DNA from: an uncultured Gemmatimonadaceae bacterium
Lineage (GTDB): Bacteria; Gemmatimonadota; Gemmatimonadetes; Gemmatimonadales; Gemmatimonadaceae
Reading direction: 5' to 3'
Length of the DNA: 64,000 bases
Assembly: GCA_963761305.1 (NCBI GenBank)
Contig: CAVXGK010000001.1
Coordinates: forward strand, 800,001 to 864,000
Shown here: one piece after another, positions 1 through 9,982 of the stretch
How the letters are laid out: each line of letters opens with the position of its first letter
Numbering within the stretch: the first letter of the stretch is position 1
Position numbers and translations under genes: made by a program
The notes under the pieces: model-generated
What the model saw: the letters and a program-made list of their open reading frames with translations, nothing else
Databases searched by the model: none
Told to the model about the DNA's origin: nothing

Positions 1-1290
1 ACCGATCCGGCGCACGCACACGACGTCGCCCAGGCGACGGCGTGGGTCGCCGGCAAGCTCGCGGCGGCGGGACCGATCGCGGTTCGCACGATCGCGACGT
101 CGGGGAATCCCGTCGTCTACGGCGAGTGGCTGGGTGCGCCCGGATCGATCACGGCGCTCGTCTACGGTCACTACGACGTGCAACCGCCCGATCCGTTAGA
201 GAAATGGCAAAGCCCGCCGTTCGCACCGACGATTCGCGGCGGACGACTCTATGCCCGCGGCGTGTCCGACGACAAGGGCCCCATGCTCATCCCGATCAAG
301 GTCGCCGAGGCATTCTTCGCGGCGACCGGCGCGCTGCCGATCAACATGAAGTTCATGTTCGAGGGTGAGGAGGAGATCGGGAGCCCGAGTCTCGACGCGT
401 TCATTCGCGACCACAAGGATCTCCTCGCCGCCGACTTCGTGATTTCGGCCGACGGCGCGATGTGGCGCATCGACGAGCCGTCGCTCACCGTGTCGAGCCG
501 CGGGCTCGCCGGTCTCGAGCTCACCATCACCGCCGCGTCGAAGGATCTCCATTCGGGCCGACACGGCGGCAGCGTCGCCAACCCGCTGCACGCGATGGCG
601 CAGTTGATCGCGTCGCTCCACGACGCCAACGGTCGCGTCGCCGTCGATGGGTTCTACGACGACGTGCGCGAGTTGGCGCCCGCCGAACGTGCCGCGATCG
701 CCGACCTGCCCTTCGATGAACGCACGTATCTCGCTCAGGTCGGCGCGCCCGCCGCGTTCGGGGAGCCGGGGTATTCCACGCTCGAGCGACAGTGGACACG
801 ACCGACGCTCGAAGTGAACGGCATGTGGGGCGGCTACGAAGGTCCCGGCTCGAAGACGGTGATCCCGAGCGAAGCGCACGCCAAGATCACGTGCCGTCTC
901 GTACCCGATCAGGATCCCGGCGACATCGTGTCGGTCGTCTCTCGCCATCTCGAAACGCGTCTTCCTCCAGGGACGCGGCTGTCGATCTCAGCCGCCGACC
1001 ACGGCGCCGGCCCCTCTCACATCGCCTCCGACCATTTTGCCCTCGAGGCTGCCGACCGCGCGCTCCGCGCCGTATATGGAAGGAGCCCGCTCAGGGTTGG
1101 CATGGGCGGAACCGTGCCCATCGGTGAGTTGTTCGAGCGCCACATGGGATTGAGCACGGTGTTCTTCTCGTTTTCGACGGCCGACGAAGACTTTCACGCG
1201 CCCAACGAGTTCTTTCGCGTGCACCGGTTGCACGAAGGGCTCGAAGCGTGGGCGCGCTACTGGACGATTCTTGGCGAGGTGCGGGCATGA
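1..1290 (+). CDS. M20/M25/M40 family metallo-dipeptidase (5' truncated by window edge)
   Basis: Frame open from base 1. Motifs LVYGHYDVQP, GVSDDKG, FEGEEEIGS, DLHSG, FHAPNE are typical of M20 dipeptidases. Confidence 0.92.
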   Translation, partial: TDPAHAHDVAQATAWVAGKLAAAGPIAVRTIATSGNPVVYGEWLGAPGSITALVYGHYDVQPPDPLEKWQSPPFAPTIRGGRLYARGVSDDKGPMLIPIKVAEAFFAATGALPINMKFMFEGEEEIGSPSLDAFIRDHKDLLAADFVISADGAMWRIDEPSLTVSSRGLAGLELTITAASKDLHSGRHGGSVANPLHAMAQLIASLHDANGRVAVDGFYDDVRELAPAERAAIADLPFDERTYLAQVGAPAAFGEPGYSTLERQWTRPTLEVNGMWGGYEGPGSKTVIPSEAHAKITCRLVPDQDPGDIVSVVSRHLETRLPPGTRLSISAADHGAGPSHIASDHFALEAADRALRAVYGRSPLRVGMGGTVPIGELFERHMGLSTVFFSFSTADEDFHAPNEFFRVHRLHEGLEAWARYWTILGEVRA

Positions 1291-2753
1291 GTACGGAAGC
1301 AACGTCTCCAGTCACGTCGGCGAGCGCCGAGCTCGCGCACGCGGAAGCCGCCGTTCAGGCGCACAGCGCGTCGCTCAAGAAGGAGCTCGGCGTGGGCGAT
1401 CTCGTGCTCACGCAAATTCTATTTATCGTCGGGCTGACGTGGATCGGCGTCGCCGGCAAGCTCGGACCGTCGCACGTCATCCTGTGGCTGCTGGCGATCG
1501 TCCTGTTCTATTTGCCGTCGGCCGGCGTCGTGATGTACCTCAACAAGCTGATGCCGCTCGAGGGCGGGCTCTATCAGTGGGCGAAGCTCGGCTTCAACGA
1601 GATGATCGGCTTCATGCTCGCGTGGAATCTCTGGCTCTACGTGATCATGAGTCTGTCGGAGATCGGCCTGCAGTGTACGACGTATCTCTCCTACGCCATC
1701 GGGCCGAGTGCCGACTGGATACGCTCGAGCTCATGGTTCGTCGGGCTCTCCGCGGCGGTGATCCTTGCGTTCATGGTCGCTGCGTCGATCATCGGGTTGT
1801 CGGTGGGCAAGTGGGTGCACAACATCGGCGGCGTGTTCATGCTGATCGTGTTCGCGGCGCTGCTCATCCTTCCGTTCATCGGACTCGCTACGGGTCACCT
1901 GCACGAGTATCACCCGCTCCGCACCGAGATGCCGGCCGTCTCGCTCTTCAACCTGAACATCCTCGGCAAGCTCGGATTCGGCGCACTCGGCGGATTCGAG
2001 TACGTCGCCATTCTCGCCGGCGAAACCAGGTCGCCGGCGCGCTCGGTGGGTCGATCGGTGCTCATCGCCGCGCCGATCGTCGCGCTGATGTTCGTGCTCG
2101 GCACCAGCACCGTCGTGGCGTACATCCCGCGAGACCAGGTCGATCTGATCGGCCCCATGGCGCAGGTGCTGCGCGTCGGCTTCGGTCCGTTCGGCATCGC
2201 CACCCAACTGGTGACGATCGCGATCCTCATGACGCTCGGCATGCGCATCGCGCAGGTGAGCGTGAGCTTCACGGCCGTCGCGCGACTGCCGATGGTCGCC
2301 GGGTGGGATCGCCTGCTGCCGCCGTGGTTCAGCCAGTTGCATTCCAAGTATCGCACGCCGGTGAATTCGATTCTGCTCGTGGGCGTGGTCGCGTTCGGAA
2401 TCGGCTTGGTGAGCCTGATCGGCGTCGGGCAGGCCGAGGCGTTCCAACTGATCTGGAACGCCGGCGGAATGTTCTACGCACTCACCTACATCGTGATGTT
2501 CGCCGTGCCGATTTTCGGACTGCGCGGCGTGACACCGCGCCCACCGCTCTGGCTCAGAGTGGCGTCGTGGTCGGGGCTGCTGATGACGGTGCTGTACGTC
2601 GCGCTGTCGATCTTTCCGATCATCGAGGTGTCGAGCGTGGCGACGTTCGCCTTCAAGATCTCGCTCGTCATCGTCGTGGCGAACGCGATCGGCATCGCGC
2701 TGTACATCTCGGCGCGGCCGCGAACGGCCGCCGTCGCCCTGACCGAGGGCTGA
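1287..2753 (+). CDS. APC family amino acid/polyamine permease
   Basis: ATGA overlap with the peptidase stop. About 12 hydrophobic segments; LKKELG..DL, P.EGGLYQW, GFEY..ILAGE, HSKYRTP motifs. Confidence 0.9.
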   Translation: MSTEATSPVTSASAELAHAEAAVQAHSASLKKELGVGDLVLTQILFIVGLTWIGVAGKLGPSHVILWLLAIVLFYLPSAGVVMYLNKLMPLEGGLYQWAKLGFNEMIGFMLAWNLWLYVIMSLSEIGLQCTTYLSYAIGPSADWIRSSSWFVGLSAAVILAFMVAASIIGLSVGKWVHNIGGVFMLIVFAALLILPFIGLATGHLHEYHPLRTEMPAVSLFNLNILGKLGFGALGGFEYVAILAGETRSPARSVGRSVLIAAPIVALMFVLGTSTVVAYIPRDQVDLIGPMAQVLRVGFGPFGIATQLVTIAILMTLGMRIAQVSVSFTAVARLPMVAGWDRLLPPWFSQLHSKYRTPVNSILLVGVVAFGIGLVSLIGVGQAEAFQLIWNAGGMFYALTYIVMFAVPIFGLRGVTPRPPLWLRVASWSGLLMTVLYVALSIFPIIEVSSVATFAFKISLVIVVANAIGIALYISARPRTAAVALTEG

Positions 2754-2768
2754 CGGCGGCCGGGCGGC

Positions 2769-4643
2769 TTAGGTAATGGTGAGCGCTAGCGGACTAAAGT
2801 GAATGTCTATGCCGCCGATCTTGACCGAAATCGCGTCGGCTCCTGCAGTCAGGGGAGCGGTGTAGGTCGCCGTACACACGCCGAGCGCGCACGAGAAAAC
2901 GCTGAGCGCACCGCGCGTCGGCGTCGCGACGAAGTCCGCCGGCGTGGCGGTCTTCACGATGTTGCCGAAGATGTCGCGGACCTTGACCGTCACCGTCGTG
3001 GTGCCCGTGGTGTTCACGACGCTCGTCGACGCGACTTCGACCGTCGACTTGGTGGGGTCGGGGTCGGATGCAATCACCTGGATCGATCGTCGGACGACGA
3101 TTCGACCCGTGGAATCCGCCAGCGTCGCGAGCGCGGTCGTCGCGGGACGGACGCCGGTCAGCGTGTACGACGCGGCGCTGTCGGGCGGCGTCCACACCGC
3201 GTTGGCCTGGCCGTTGAAGTCCGTGACGGCAGTCGCCGGCGCCGGGCCGAACGACGTGACGAAGACGATCGGCGCGCCAACCGCCGGCAAGGCGGTCGAG
3301 TCGAAAACTAAGATCGGAATACCGGTCTGCGTGTGCCCGGCCTTCACGGTGTCCGCCTTCAGCACCGTAATCGCCGCCGCATTGAGGACGACGGGAACCT
3401 GGGGCGCGAGTGGATTGCTGTCCGGCAGCGCGATGCCGGTGATGGCCGGCGTGAGCACGCCCGACGTGCTCACGTTGACGATCATGTTCGGCCCGGCCCA
3501 CGGCGGCGTGAACGGCACGCCGACGATGGAACCGACCGACACCGTGGCGTCGGCGATGACGGCGCCGCGAGCATCGCGGGCGACCGCCTTCATCGGAATC
3601 GAATCGGTGGCGGACATGAGCGTCCGAAGCGCTTCGACGTTGGCGAGGCGCGCCACCTGACGTACGGTCTCGGTGATCGGGCTGCTCGCCAGGATCGTCG
3701 TGCCGTCGGGCGCCAGCGCCTGCACGCTCACCGTCGCCGTTCCGTTGCCGGCGGAGATCAGGCGCGGCGTGGCCATCACACCGGTCGCGGGATTGCTGAT
3801 TCCGACGACCGCTCCGACGTGCACAACCGCCGAATCCGCCGCCGACAGGGGCACGAACCGAATCGACGTGCCGGAGAGTCCGTTGCCGCGACGGTCGGCG
3901 AGCGTCGCGTTCGGCGTCAGCGAGTCGCTGAAGCTCCACGACCGCAACACGCCGGTTGAAAGAGTGAGCGTGAGCGTCTGCGACACGCGCGCGACGACCG
4001 TGTCGGCGCACTTCGCGCCGGCCAGGCAAAAGTCCGACGTCGCGATGAGCGTGTCGGGCCCGTTCGATCGGGCAACGTAGCGGAGCGTGTCTCCCTGCGT
4101 GGCGACCGCTGTGTGCGATCCCAGGTGAATCCAGCGCACGCCCTCGCCGCCGCGCGGCACCAACGCGCCGTTCACGCGCACCAGACCCGCGGCCACGGCG
4201 ACGCCGGTGTCGTTGATCGCGCTGAGCGTGGAATCATGCGTCGTGAGAACTCGGACGCCGCCCACGACGACCGTTTCCGTGCGCGAGGCCGGACCGCTCA
4301 CGAAACGCGGATCGGGGAGCGCGATCGTGACGCCGGCGCGACCCGTTCGCTGGCCGATGAGTCTTCTCGTACGACCGTTCGACGTATCGGAGGCGCCGGG
4401 GGACGCGAACCCGACGGTACTGCTGTCGGCCGACGTCCAGGTGAACGCGAGCGATTCGATCTGGTTCCCCGACGCGTCGAGCGCCTGGGCTTGCGCGACG
4501 TTCGAGTCGCCGACGACCAACGTGTCGTGCGGCACGGCGATGCGGAGCTGCGCGACGAACGTCTGCGGACCGTTCGGCAGGTTCTCGTTGCAGCTCACGA
4601 CGACGAACAGCGCGGCGCAGGCGAGCGGGATGAAGCGGCGCAT
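2769..4643 (-). CDS. Surface lipoprotein with tandem Ig-like (Big/invasin-like) domains
   Basis: Lipobox-like VVVSC. Thr/Val/Ala-rich beta content; FTWTSADS and VTVKVRDIFGN..ATYTAP resemble Big_2 and invasin-type domains. Confidence 0.7.
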   Translation of the reverse strand: MRRFIPLACAALFVVVSCNENLPNGPQTFVAQLRIAVPHDTLVVGDSNVAQAQALDASGNQIESLAFTWTSADSSTVGFASPGASDTSNGRTRRLIGQRTGRAGVTIALPDPRFVSGPASRTETVVVGGVRVLTTHDSTLSAINDTGVAVAAGLVRVNGALVPRGGEGVRWIHLGSHTAVATQGDTLRYVARSNGPDTLIATSDFCLAGAKCADTVVARVSQTLTLTLSTGVLRSWSFSDSLTPNATLADRRGNGLSGTSIRFVPLSAADSAVVHVGAVVGISNPATGVMATPRLISAGNGTATVSVQALAPDGTTILASSPITETVRQVARLANVEALRTLMSATDSIPMKAVARDARGAVIADATVSVGSIVGVPFTPPWAGPNMIVNVSTSGVLTPAITGIALPDSNPLAPQVPVVLNAAAITVLKADTVKAGHTQTGIPILVFDSTALPAVGAPIVFVTSFGPAPATAVTDFNGQANAVWTPPDSAASYTLTGVRPATTALATLADSTGRIVVRRSIQVIASDPDPTKSTVEVASTSVVNTTGTTTVTVKVRDIFGNIVKTATPADFVATPTRGALSVFSCALGVCTATYTAPLTAGADAISVKIGGIDIHFSPLALTIT

Positions 4644-5269
4644 CAGCGGCTTCCTCCCAGGTGACTCACGCGAATCGACAGACCGACGCCGACGATTCCA
4701 CGCGTCCGGTCACCCTCGAGCGGCGCGCCGTTGAAATACCATTCCGATCCGCTGGCCCGCAGCGCGATCGCGCGATAGACCGGAACTTCGAGCGTGAGTC
4801 CGACGCCGCCGCCCGCCGATCCGGACTCTGAGAAGCTGAAGCGCGGCGTGTGTCCGGTGGCGTTGTTCGGGCCAATGAAGTCGAAGCCGCTCGAATCCAC
4901 CGACCGCTGCGCTTCGCCGCCGAACGCGCCCATCGATGGGACGGCGAGCAGGCGTCCCCAGGCCAGCGGGACACCGAGCGAGACGAACCCTCCCTGCACC
5001 GTGCTCAGGTTGCGAGCGATCCGCAGCCACCCCGCGTCGATGGCCCAGTGCGAGTGCCGGATGGCCGCGTCGACCGACACGCTGCCGAGCGTGTTGCGAT
5101 TGAGTGGCAGAGCGTTGGCTTGCAACCATTCGCCGCCGATCACGACGTCGCGGTTGAATGCTGCGCTCGTCGGCGCGGAGGCGAGTTGCCCGAGCGCGGG
5201 GGAAGGAGAGGCGAGAAATGCGATCAGGGCGGCCGCGCTGAACGGCGCGGCGCCGAAGGAGCGAGTCAT
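4643..5269 (-). CDS. Secreted protein, probable small outer-membrane beta-barrel
   Basis: Signal peptide (..PSPALGQ) and alternating Gly/aromatic strands (GGGVGLTLEV, GIVGVGLSIRV). Its TGA overlaps the ATG of the downstream Ig gene. Start taken at ATG 5269. Confidence 0.55.
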   Translation of the reverse strand: MTRSFGAAPFSAAALIAFLASPSPALGQLASAPTSAAFNRDVVIGGEWLQANALPLNRNTLGSVSVDAAIRHSHWAIDAGWLRIARNLSTVQGGFVSLGVPLAWGRLLAVPSMGAFGGEAQRSVDSSGFDFIGPNNATGHTPRFSFSESGSAGGGVGLTLEVPVYRAIALRASGSEWYFNGAPLEGDRTRGIVGVGLSIRVSHLGGSR

Positions 5270-5430
5270 GTGGGTAGGCGGATGGCGGTGTACGTCGGAC
5301 TTACGGTCGCCATCGGCGGCGTCACAACCGCAAGGTTCAATTGTAGTCCATGTATACAACGCCGCGCAAGAACGCGCGAGGGGGTCATCCTGACAAAACT
5401 GAAACAATGGGCCACGACGCGGGCACCTGA

Positions 5431-5510
5431 CGTCGACAGACGTCCACAGACGTCCACAGACGTCCACAGACGTCCACAGACGTCGACAGACGTCGACAGA
5501 CGTCGACAGA
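5431..5510. repeat. 10-bp tandem repeat CGTC(C/G)ACAGA x8
   Basis: Directly visible: eight consecutive 10-mers, intergenic. Confidence 0.95.
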
Positions 5511-5594
5511 CGCCGAGACCCGATCCCGTTGGCTGAACCAACACACTCGTCTCCGCGTCACTCGGCGACGCGAACGGCGTGAAGGCGCGCGAGA

Positions 5595-7748
5595 TTACTG
5601 CGCGATGCCGATGCGCCGCGCGAGCGCGGCGTACCGCCGATCGTCGCGGAATTTCTTGAGCAACGGGTTCACGACGAGATTGTGGACCGACGGGATGTCC
5701 CAGACCTCGTCCCTGAGATTGGCGTACGCGCCGTTTACGTCCCCCATCACCGCCCAACTGAGCGCGCGGTCGATGCGAGCACGGGCGTCGGCCGTGTCGG
5801 CGCGCACGCGCGCCAGCATCATGTCGCGGTCCGTTTTTCGTCCGCGCTTCCCGTAGACGTACGCGAGCGCCGACCTCACCCCCGGAAAGAACTCGCCGTC
5901 GGCGCGCGCCTGTTCCAGATGCGTCTGCGCGGGGACGAACTTGCCGTCACTCGCCTCGATGATGCCGAGATAGTACGGCGTCACGACGTACTCGGGACTG
6001 ACTTTGAGCGCCTCACGCAGTGTGTCCCGCGCCATGCCGGGCTGCCCGCTGAGATACAAAAGCATGCCTTCGAGCGCCCGTTGCGGCGGACCGAGTGGCT
6101 CGGCCGCCAGTGCCCGTCGGTTCTTGTCGCGAGCATCGTCGATGCGTCCGACCAGAGTCAGATACAGCGAGTAGGCGTCGTTGGTCCACGCCGCCGCGGA
6201 ATCGAGCGCGAGGGCCCGCCGAAACGAACGACCGGCCGAGTCGTACGCCGCGGGCGAGCCACGCGACGCGAGCACCATTCCCATCGCCGCGTATCCATCG
6301 GCGAGCCGCGGCCCGAGCCTGATGGCTCGGCTGGCCGCGTCGCGCCCGAGCAAGATCAAGTCCGGCGACGGATGGGTGAGATTCGACCGCGCGACGTACG
6401 TATCGCCCAACCACGCCCAGGCGGGCGCGAACTTCGGATCGATCGACGTCGCGGCGCGGAATCGCACGAACGCCGAATCGAGTTGCGAACGCCCGTAGAT
6501 CTGCCTCGCTTTTCTTCCCTCCAGGTACAAGCGATACGCCTCCGGATCCACCTTGTGCCGCAGGATCAGCCCGGCCTCGTACGCCTGGGCCGAGCCGAAC
6601 CCAAGTCCGATCACGCCCGCTGCGGCGATCATCCACGTTCTTCGCCGGCGAAGGAGGCCGGTTTCCCGTCGCGGTCGATTGGGAATCGAGCTTCCACCCG
6701 TCAGCGCAACGAGCACCTCCTCCGCGCTGGCAAATCGTTCGTTGGGTTTCTTGCGCAACAACCCGGCGACGACCTCGTCGCACACCGGCGGCACCTGCGG
6801 CCGAATCCGCGACGGCGGTTCGGGATCATCGTGCAAGATGCTGTAAACCGTCGAGAGCTCATGACCTCCTCCAAACGGCGGCTTGCCGGTCAGCATTTCA
6901 TAGAAGACGGCGCCGAAGGACCAGAGATCGGAACGCCTGTCGACCGGTTCGCCGTCGACCTGCTCGGGGCTCATGTAGGCGACGGTTCGCGACGGATTGT
7001 CGCGCGACGTGATGGCCGGATCGTGAGTCGTGGCGAGACCGAAGTCGAGGAGCTTCACGCCGCCGTCCGCCGTGAGCATCACGTTGGCGGGCTTGAGGCC
7101 GCGATGCACCACGCCCGCGGCATGCGCCGCCGCGAGTCCGTGCAGCACCTCGTGGGCGATGCGGAGCGCGACGCTGACGGGGAGCGATCCCCACTCGGCG
7201 AGCCGCGCGTCGAGCGTCTGGCCCGTGTAGTACGCCATCGACAGAAACGGCTGACCATCGTCAGTCTCGCCCGACTCGTAGACCGTGCAGAGGTTCGGAT
7301 GATCGAGCGACGACGCCGCCTTCGCTTCCTTGAGAAAACGCGCTTTCGCGACAGGATCGGCGGCGGACTGCGGCAGGAGAAACTTGAGCGCGACGACGCG
7401 CGCGGATCGGTCGTCCGCGGCGCGATACACGACGCATGCGCCGCCGGAGCCGAGAACCTCGCGGACACGGAAGTGCGCTACGGCGCGCCCGGAGAAGCCG
7501 CATGGGTCGGCCGTGCCGGTGCGACCACCGTTCTCGCCGGAGGCAGCCGGAGTGGACGCCGGCTCGACGTCCCAGGAACCGAGGAGCGAATCGGCGCGCG
7601 CGTCCGCCTCGAACAACTCGATCAATTCAGCCGACAGCTCGGGATCTGTTTCGCGGAGCGCGGCCAGGTGCTCGGCGCGCTCGTCGGCGGGCAGGTCGAT
7701 CAAGAACGCGAATGCTTCCTTGAGCTCGATCCAGCGATAGTCGCTCAT
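5595..7748 (-). CDS. Hanks-type Ser/Thr kinase-like protein with TM segment and C-terminal TPRs (probable pseudokinase)
   Basis: VALK, DFG, YMSPEQ and DLWSFG are present, but the catalytic loop reads HRGLKPAN. TM segment after RRRR; TPR-like helices follow. Confidence 0.88.
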   Translation of the reverse strand: MSDYRWIELKEAFAFLIDLPADERAEHLAALRETDPELSAELIELFEADARADSLLGSWDVEPASTPAASGENGGRTGTADPCGFSGRAVAHFRVREVLGSGGACVVYRAADDRSARVVALKFLLPQSAADPVAKARFLKEAKAASSLDHPNLCTVYESGETDDGQPFLSMAYYTGQTLDARLAEWGSLPVSVALRIAHEVLHGLAAAHAAGVVHRGLKPANVMLTADGGVKLLDFGLATTHDPAITSRDNPSRTVAYMSPEQVDGEPVDRRSDLWSFGAVFYEMLTGKPPFGGGHELSTVYSILHDDPEPPSRIRPQVPPVCDEVVAGLLRKKPNERFASAEEVLVALTGGSSIPNRPRRETGLLRRRRTWMIAAAGVIGLGFGSAQAYEAGLILRHKVDPEAYRLYLEGRKARQIYGRSQLDSAFVRFRAATSIDPKFAPAWAWLGDTYVARSNLTHPSPDLILLGRDAASRAIRLGPRLADGYAAMGMVLASRGSPAAYDSAGRSFRRALALDSAAAWTNDAYSLYLTLVGRIDDARDKNRRALAAEPLGPPQRALEGMLLYLSGQPGMARDTLREALKVSPEYVVTPYYLGIIEASDGKFVPAQTHLEQARADGEFFPGVRSALAYVYGKRGRKTDRDMMLARVRADTADARARIDRALSWAVMGDVNGAYANLRDEVWDIPSVHNLVVNPLLKKFRDDRRYAALARRIGIAQ

Positions 7749-7770
7749 CGCCGGGCGACGGCCCGCGGCG

Positions 7771-8349
7771 TCAACTCACCAACTCCTGCGCGAGCTCGGC
7801 GGCGAGCCAGGCGCGAGCGAACCGGAGCTCGCGGGTGACGGTCGCCACCGAAATGCCGACGGCCTCCGCCGTCTCTTCCGTCGAGAGCCCTCCGAAGAAG
7901 CGCTGCTCGAGGATCGCGCTCTGGCGAGCGTCCACCACCTCGAGGCGTTGGAGCACGTCGTCCAGCTCGGCGATCATGTCGATCTGCGCATCTGAGATCT
8001 CGAATGCGTTTGCCAGATCCAGCGATCCGACCGCGCCGCCGCCGCGTCGGGCGGCCCGGCGCGCGCGGACGTGGTCGGTCAGCAGCCGCCGCATCACGCG
8101 CGACGCGATGGCGAGGAAATGGGCGCGGTCACGGAAACGCGCGCCGCGCAGGTCCACGAGCTCGACATACGCGTCGCGGACGAGCGTCGCCGTGTTGAGC
8201 GACGCGCTCGCGTGGTCGTAGCGAAGCCGCTCGCGGGCGATGCGCCGCAAGGACTCGTGAAGCAGGTGGGTGAGATCGTCAAGCGCCTGGCGGTCGCCGT
8301 CAGTCCAGCGGCGGAGCAGGCGCGTGACGTCGGAGGGAGTCGTCCGCAT
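7771..8349 (-). CDS. ECF sigma factor of the Ser/Thr-kinase-associated type
   Basis: DVTRLL..W..GDRQALD, RAHFLAIASRVMRR.L.DH, RRGGG, RFFGGLS.EETAE and ARAWL motifs. Directly upstream of the kinase. Confidence 0.9.
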   Translation of the reverse strand: MRTTPSDVTRLLRRWTDGDRQALDDLTHLLHESLRRIARERLRYDHASASLNTATLVRDAYVELVDLRGARFRDRAHFLAIASRVMRRLLTDHVRARRAARRGGGAVGSLDLANAFEISDAQIDMIAELDDVLQRLEVVDARQSAILEQRFFGGLSTEETAEAVGISVATVTRELRFARAWLAAELAQELVS

Positions 8350-8614
8350 CGTGCGCGAGGGTAGGACCCGCGGCTACAGGTACCGGCCGCGGCCGGACTA
8401 TTATGGCGGTCGATTCATGAGATCGCTAGTCAGGATCGTCCGTTCCCCAACTAACCCGCCGTCTTTGCGAGCCGTCTCGCCTCGCCGCTGCGCCGAAGAG
8501 GCGGGCCCGCCGTGCTGCTCGCGCCCCGCGGCCCCAACCCTTGAACTGGAAATCTGATGTTGAAGTTGACTAGACTCGCCCGCCGGCCAGCCACAGCGTC
8601 GGTCCCCAACGCAA

Positions 8615-8651
8615 CAGCGCCTCCTGAGGCCAATGGCCTCAGGAGGCGCTG
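8615..8651 (-). terminator. Perfect 18-bp inverted repeat downstream of pilC (probable terminator)
   Basis: CAGCGCCTCCTGAGGCCA-A-TGGCCTCAGGAGGCGCTG, about 30 bp after the pilC stop. U-tract is weak. Confidence 0.6.
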
Positions 8652-8678
8652 CAACCATGATGCTGGCGTGCGGCTCCG

Positions 8679-9878
8679 CTACCCGCCCACGGCGTTCACC
8701 ATGTCGAAGATCGGCAGGTACATCGCGACGACCATGCCGCCGACCACGACGCCGAGGAACACGATCATCACCGGCTCCATCAACGCGAGCAGGCCGGACA
8801 CCGCGGCGTCCACTTCTTCATCGTAGAAGTCGGCGATCTTCGTCAACATCTCGTCCAGACCGCCCGTCTGCTCGCCGACGGCGATCATCGAGATCACCAT
8901 CGCCGGAAAGACCGCGGATTTCTTGAGCGGCGCGGCGATCGTGTCACCGCCGGCGATCGACGCGCGCGACTCCATGATCGCGTCCTGGATGACGCGGTTG
9001 CCCGACGTCTTGGCCGTGATCTCGAGGCCGTCGAGAATCGACACGCCCGACGAGATCAGCGTGCCGAGCGTGCGCGTGAAGCGCGACACGGCCGACTTGC
9101 GGAGCACGTCGCCCAACACGGGCAGCTTGAGCATCAACCGGTCGATGTTCAGCTTGCCGCCTGGCGTCCGGTAGTAGCGTTTAATCGAGACCACGATCCC
9201 GATGATACCGGCAAGGACCATGTACCAATAGGTCTTCAATCCGTGTGACATGCCGATGACGATTCGCGTCGGCAGCGGCAGGGCGATGTTGGCGCTGGCG
9301 AACATGCTCTGGAACGTCGGGATGACGAAGATGAGCAGCACGGTGATGGCGATCGCCGCCACCGTCATGATCACGCCCGGGTAGATCATGGCGCCCTTCA
9401 CCTTGCGGATGAGGGCGTCGTTCTTTTCCATGAACACCGCGAGGCGCATCAGGATCGTGTCGAGAATACCGCCCGCCTCGCCGGCCGCGACCATGTTCAC
9501 ATAGAGTTCGCTGAACGCTTTCGGATGCTTGCGCATCGCGTCGGCGAGCGTGTTGCCCGACTCGACGTCGAACACGACCTGCCGCGTGACGTCCTTGAGC
9601 GCGGGGTTCTCGCTCTGCTGCGCCAGAATGTCCAGCGCCTGCACGAGCGGGAGACCCGCGTTGATCATCGTCGAGAACTGGCGCGTGAAGATGACGACGT
9701 CGCGCATCTTGATCGAGCCGCCGCGTTTCTTTCGATTCGCGGTCCCTTCGTCGATCTTGACGACGTTCAGCTTCAACTGGCGAAGCTGTTTGATGACGTC
9801 GTCGCGCGACGGCGCATCGATCGTCGCCGATTTCAGCTCGCCGTTGACGGCGCGCGCGGTGTACGTGAATTGAGGCAT
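8679..9878 (-). CDS. pilC: Type IV pilus inner-membrane platform protein (T2SS F family)
   Basis: FTRQFSTMINAGLPL, AGEAGGILD, MIAVGEQTGGLDEML, AMYLPIF. Confidence 0.95.
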   Translation of the reverse strand: MPQFTYTARAVNGELKSATIDAPSRDDVIKQLRQLKLNVVKIDEGTANRKKRGGSIKMRDVVIFTRQFSTMINAGLPLVQALDILAQQSENPALKDVTRQVVFDVESGNTLADAMRKHPKAFSELYVNMVAAGEAGGILDTILMRLAVFMEKNDALIRKVKGAMIYPGVIMTVAAIAITVLLIFVIPTFQSMFASANIALPLPTRIVIGMSHGLKTYWYMVLAGIIGIVVSIKRYYRTPGGKLNIDRLMLKLPVLGDVLRKSAVSRFTRTLGTLISSGVSILDGLEITAKTSGNRVIQDAIMESRASIAGGDTIAAPLKKSAVFPAMVISMIAVGEQTGGLDEMLTKIADFYDEEVDAAVSGLLALMEPVMIVFLGVVVGGMVVAMYLPIFDMVNAVGG

Positions 9879-9982
9879 CTGATTCCTCGAATGGCTACTC
9901 GAATTCCCTGTCTCAAGACGACCGGGGCGGCCCGAAGAGTACGGGTCGCCCGGTGAGCCACATCACCAAACCCCCGCGCGCG

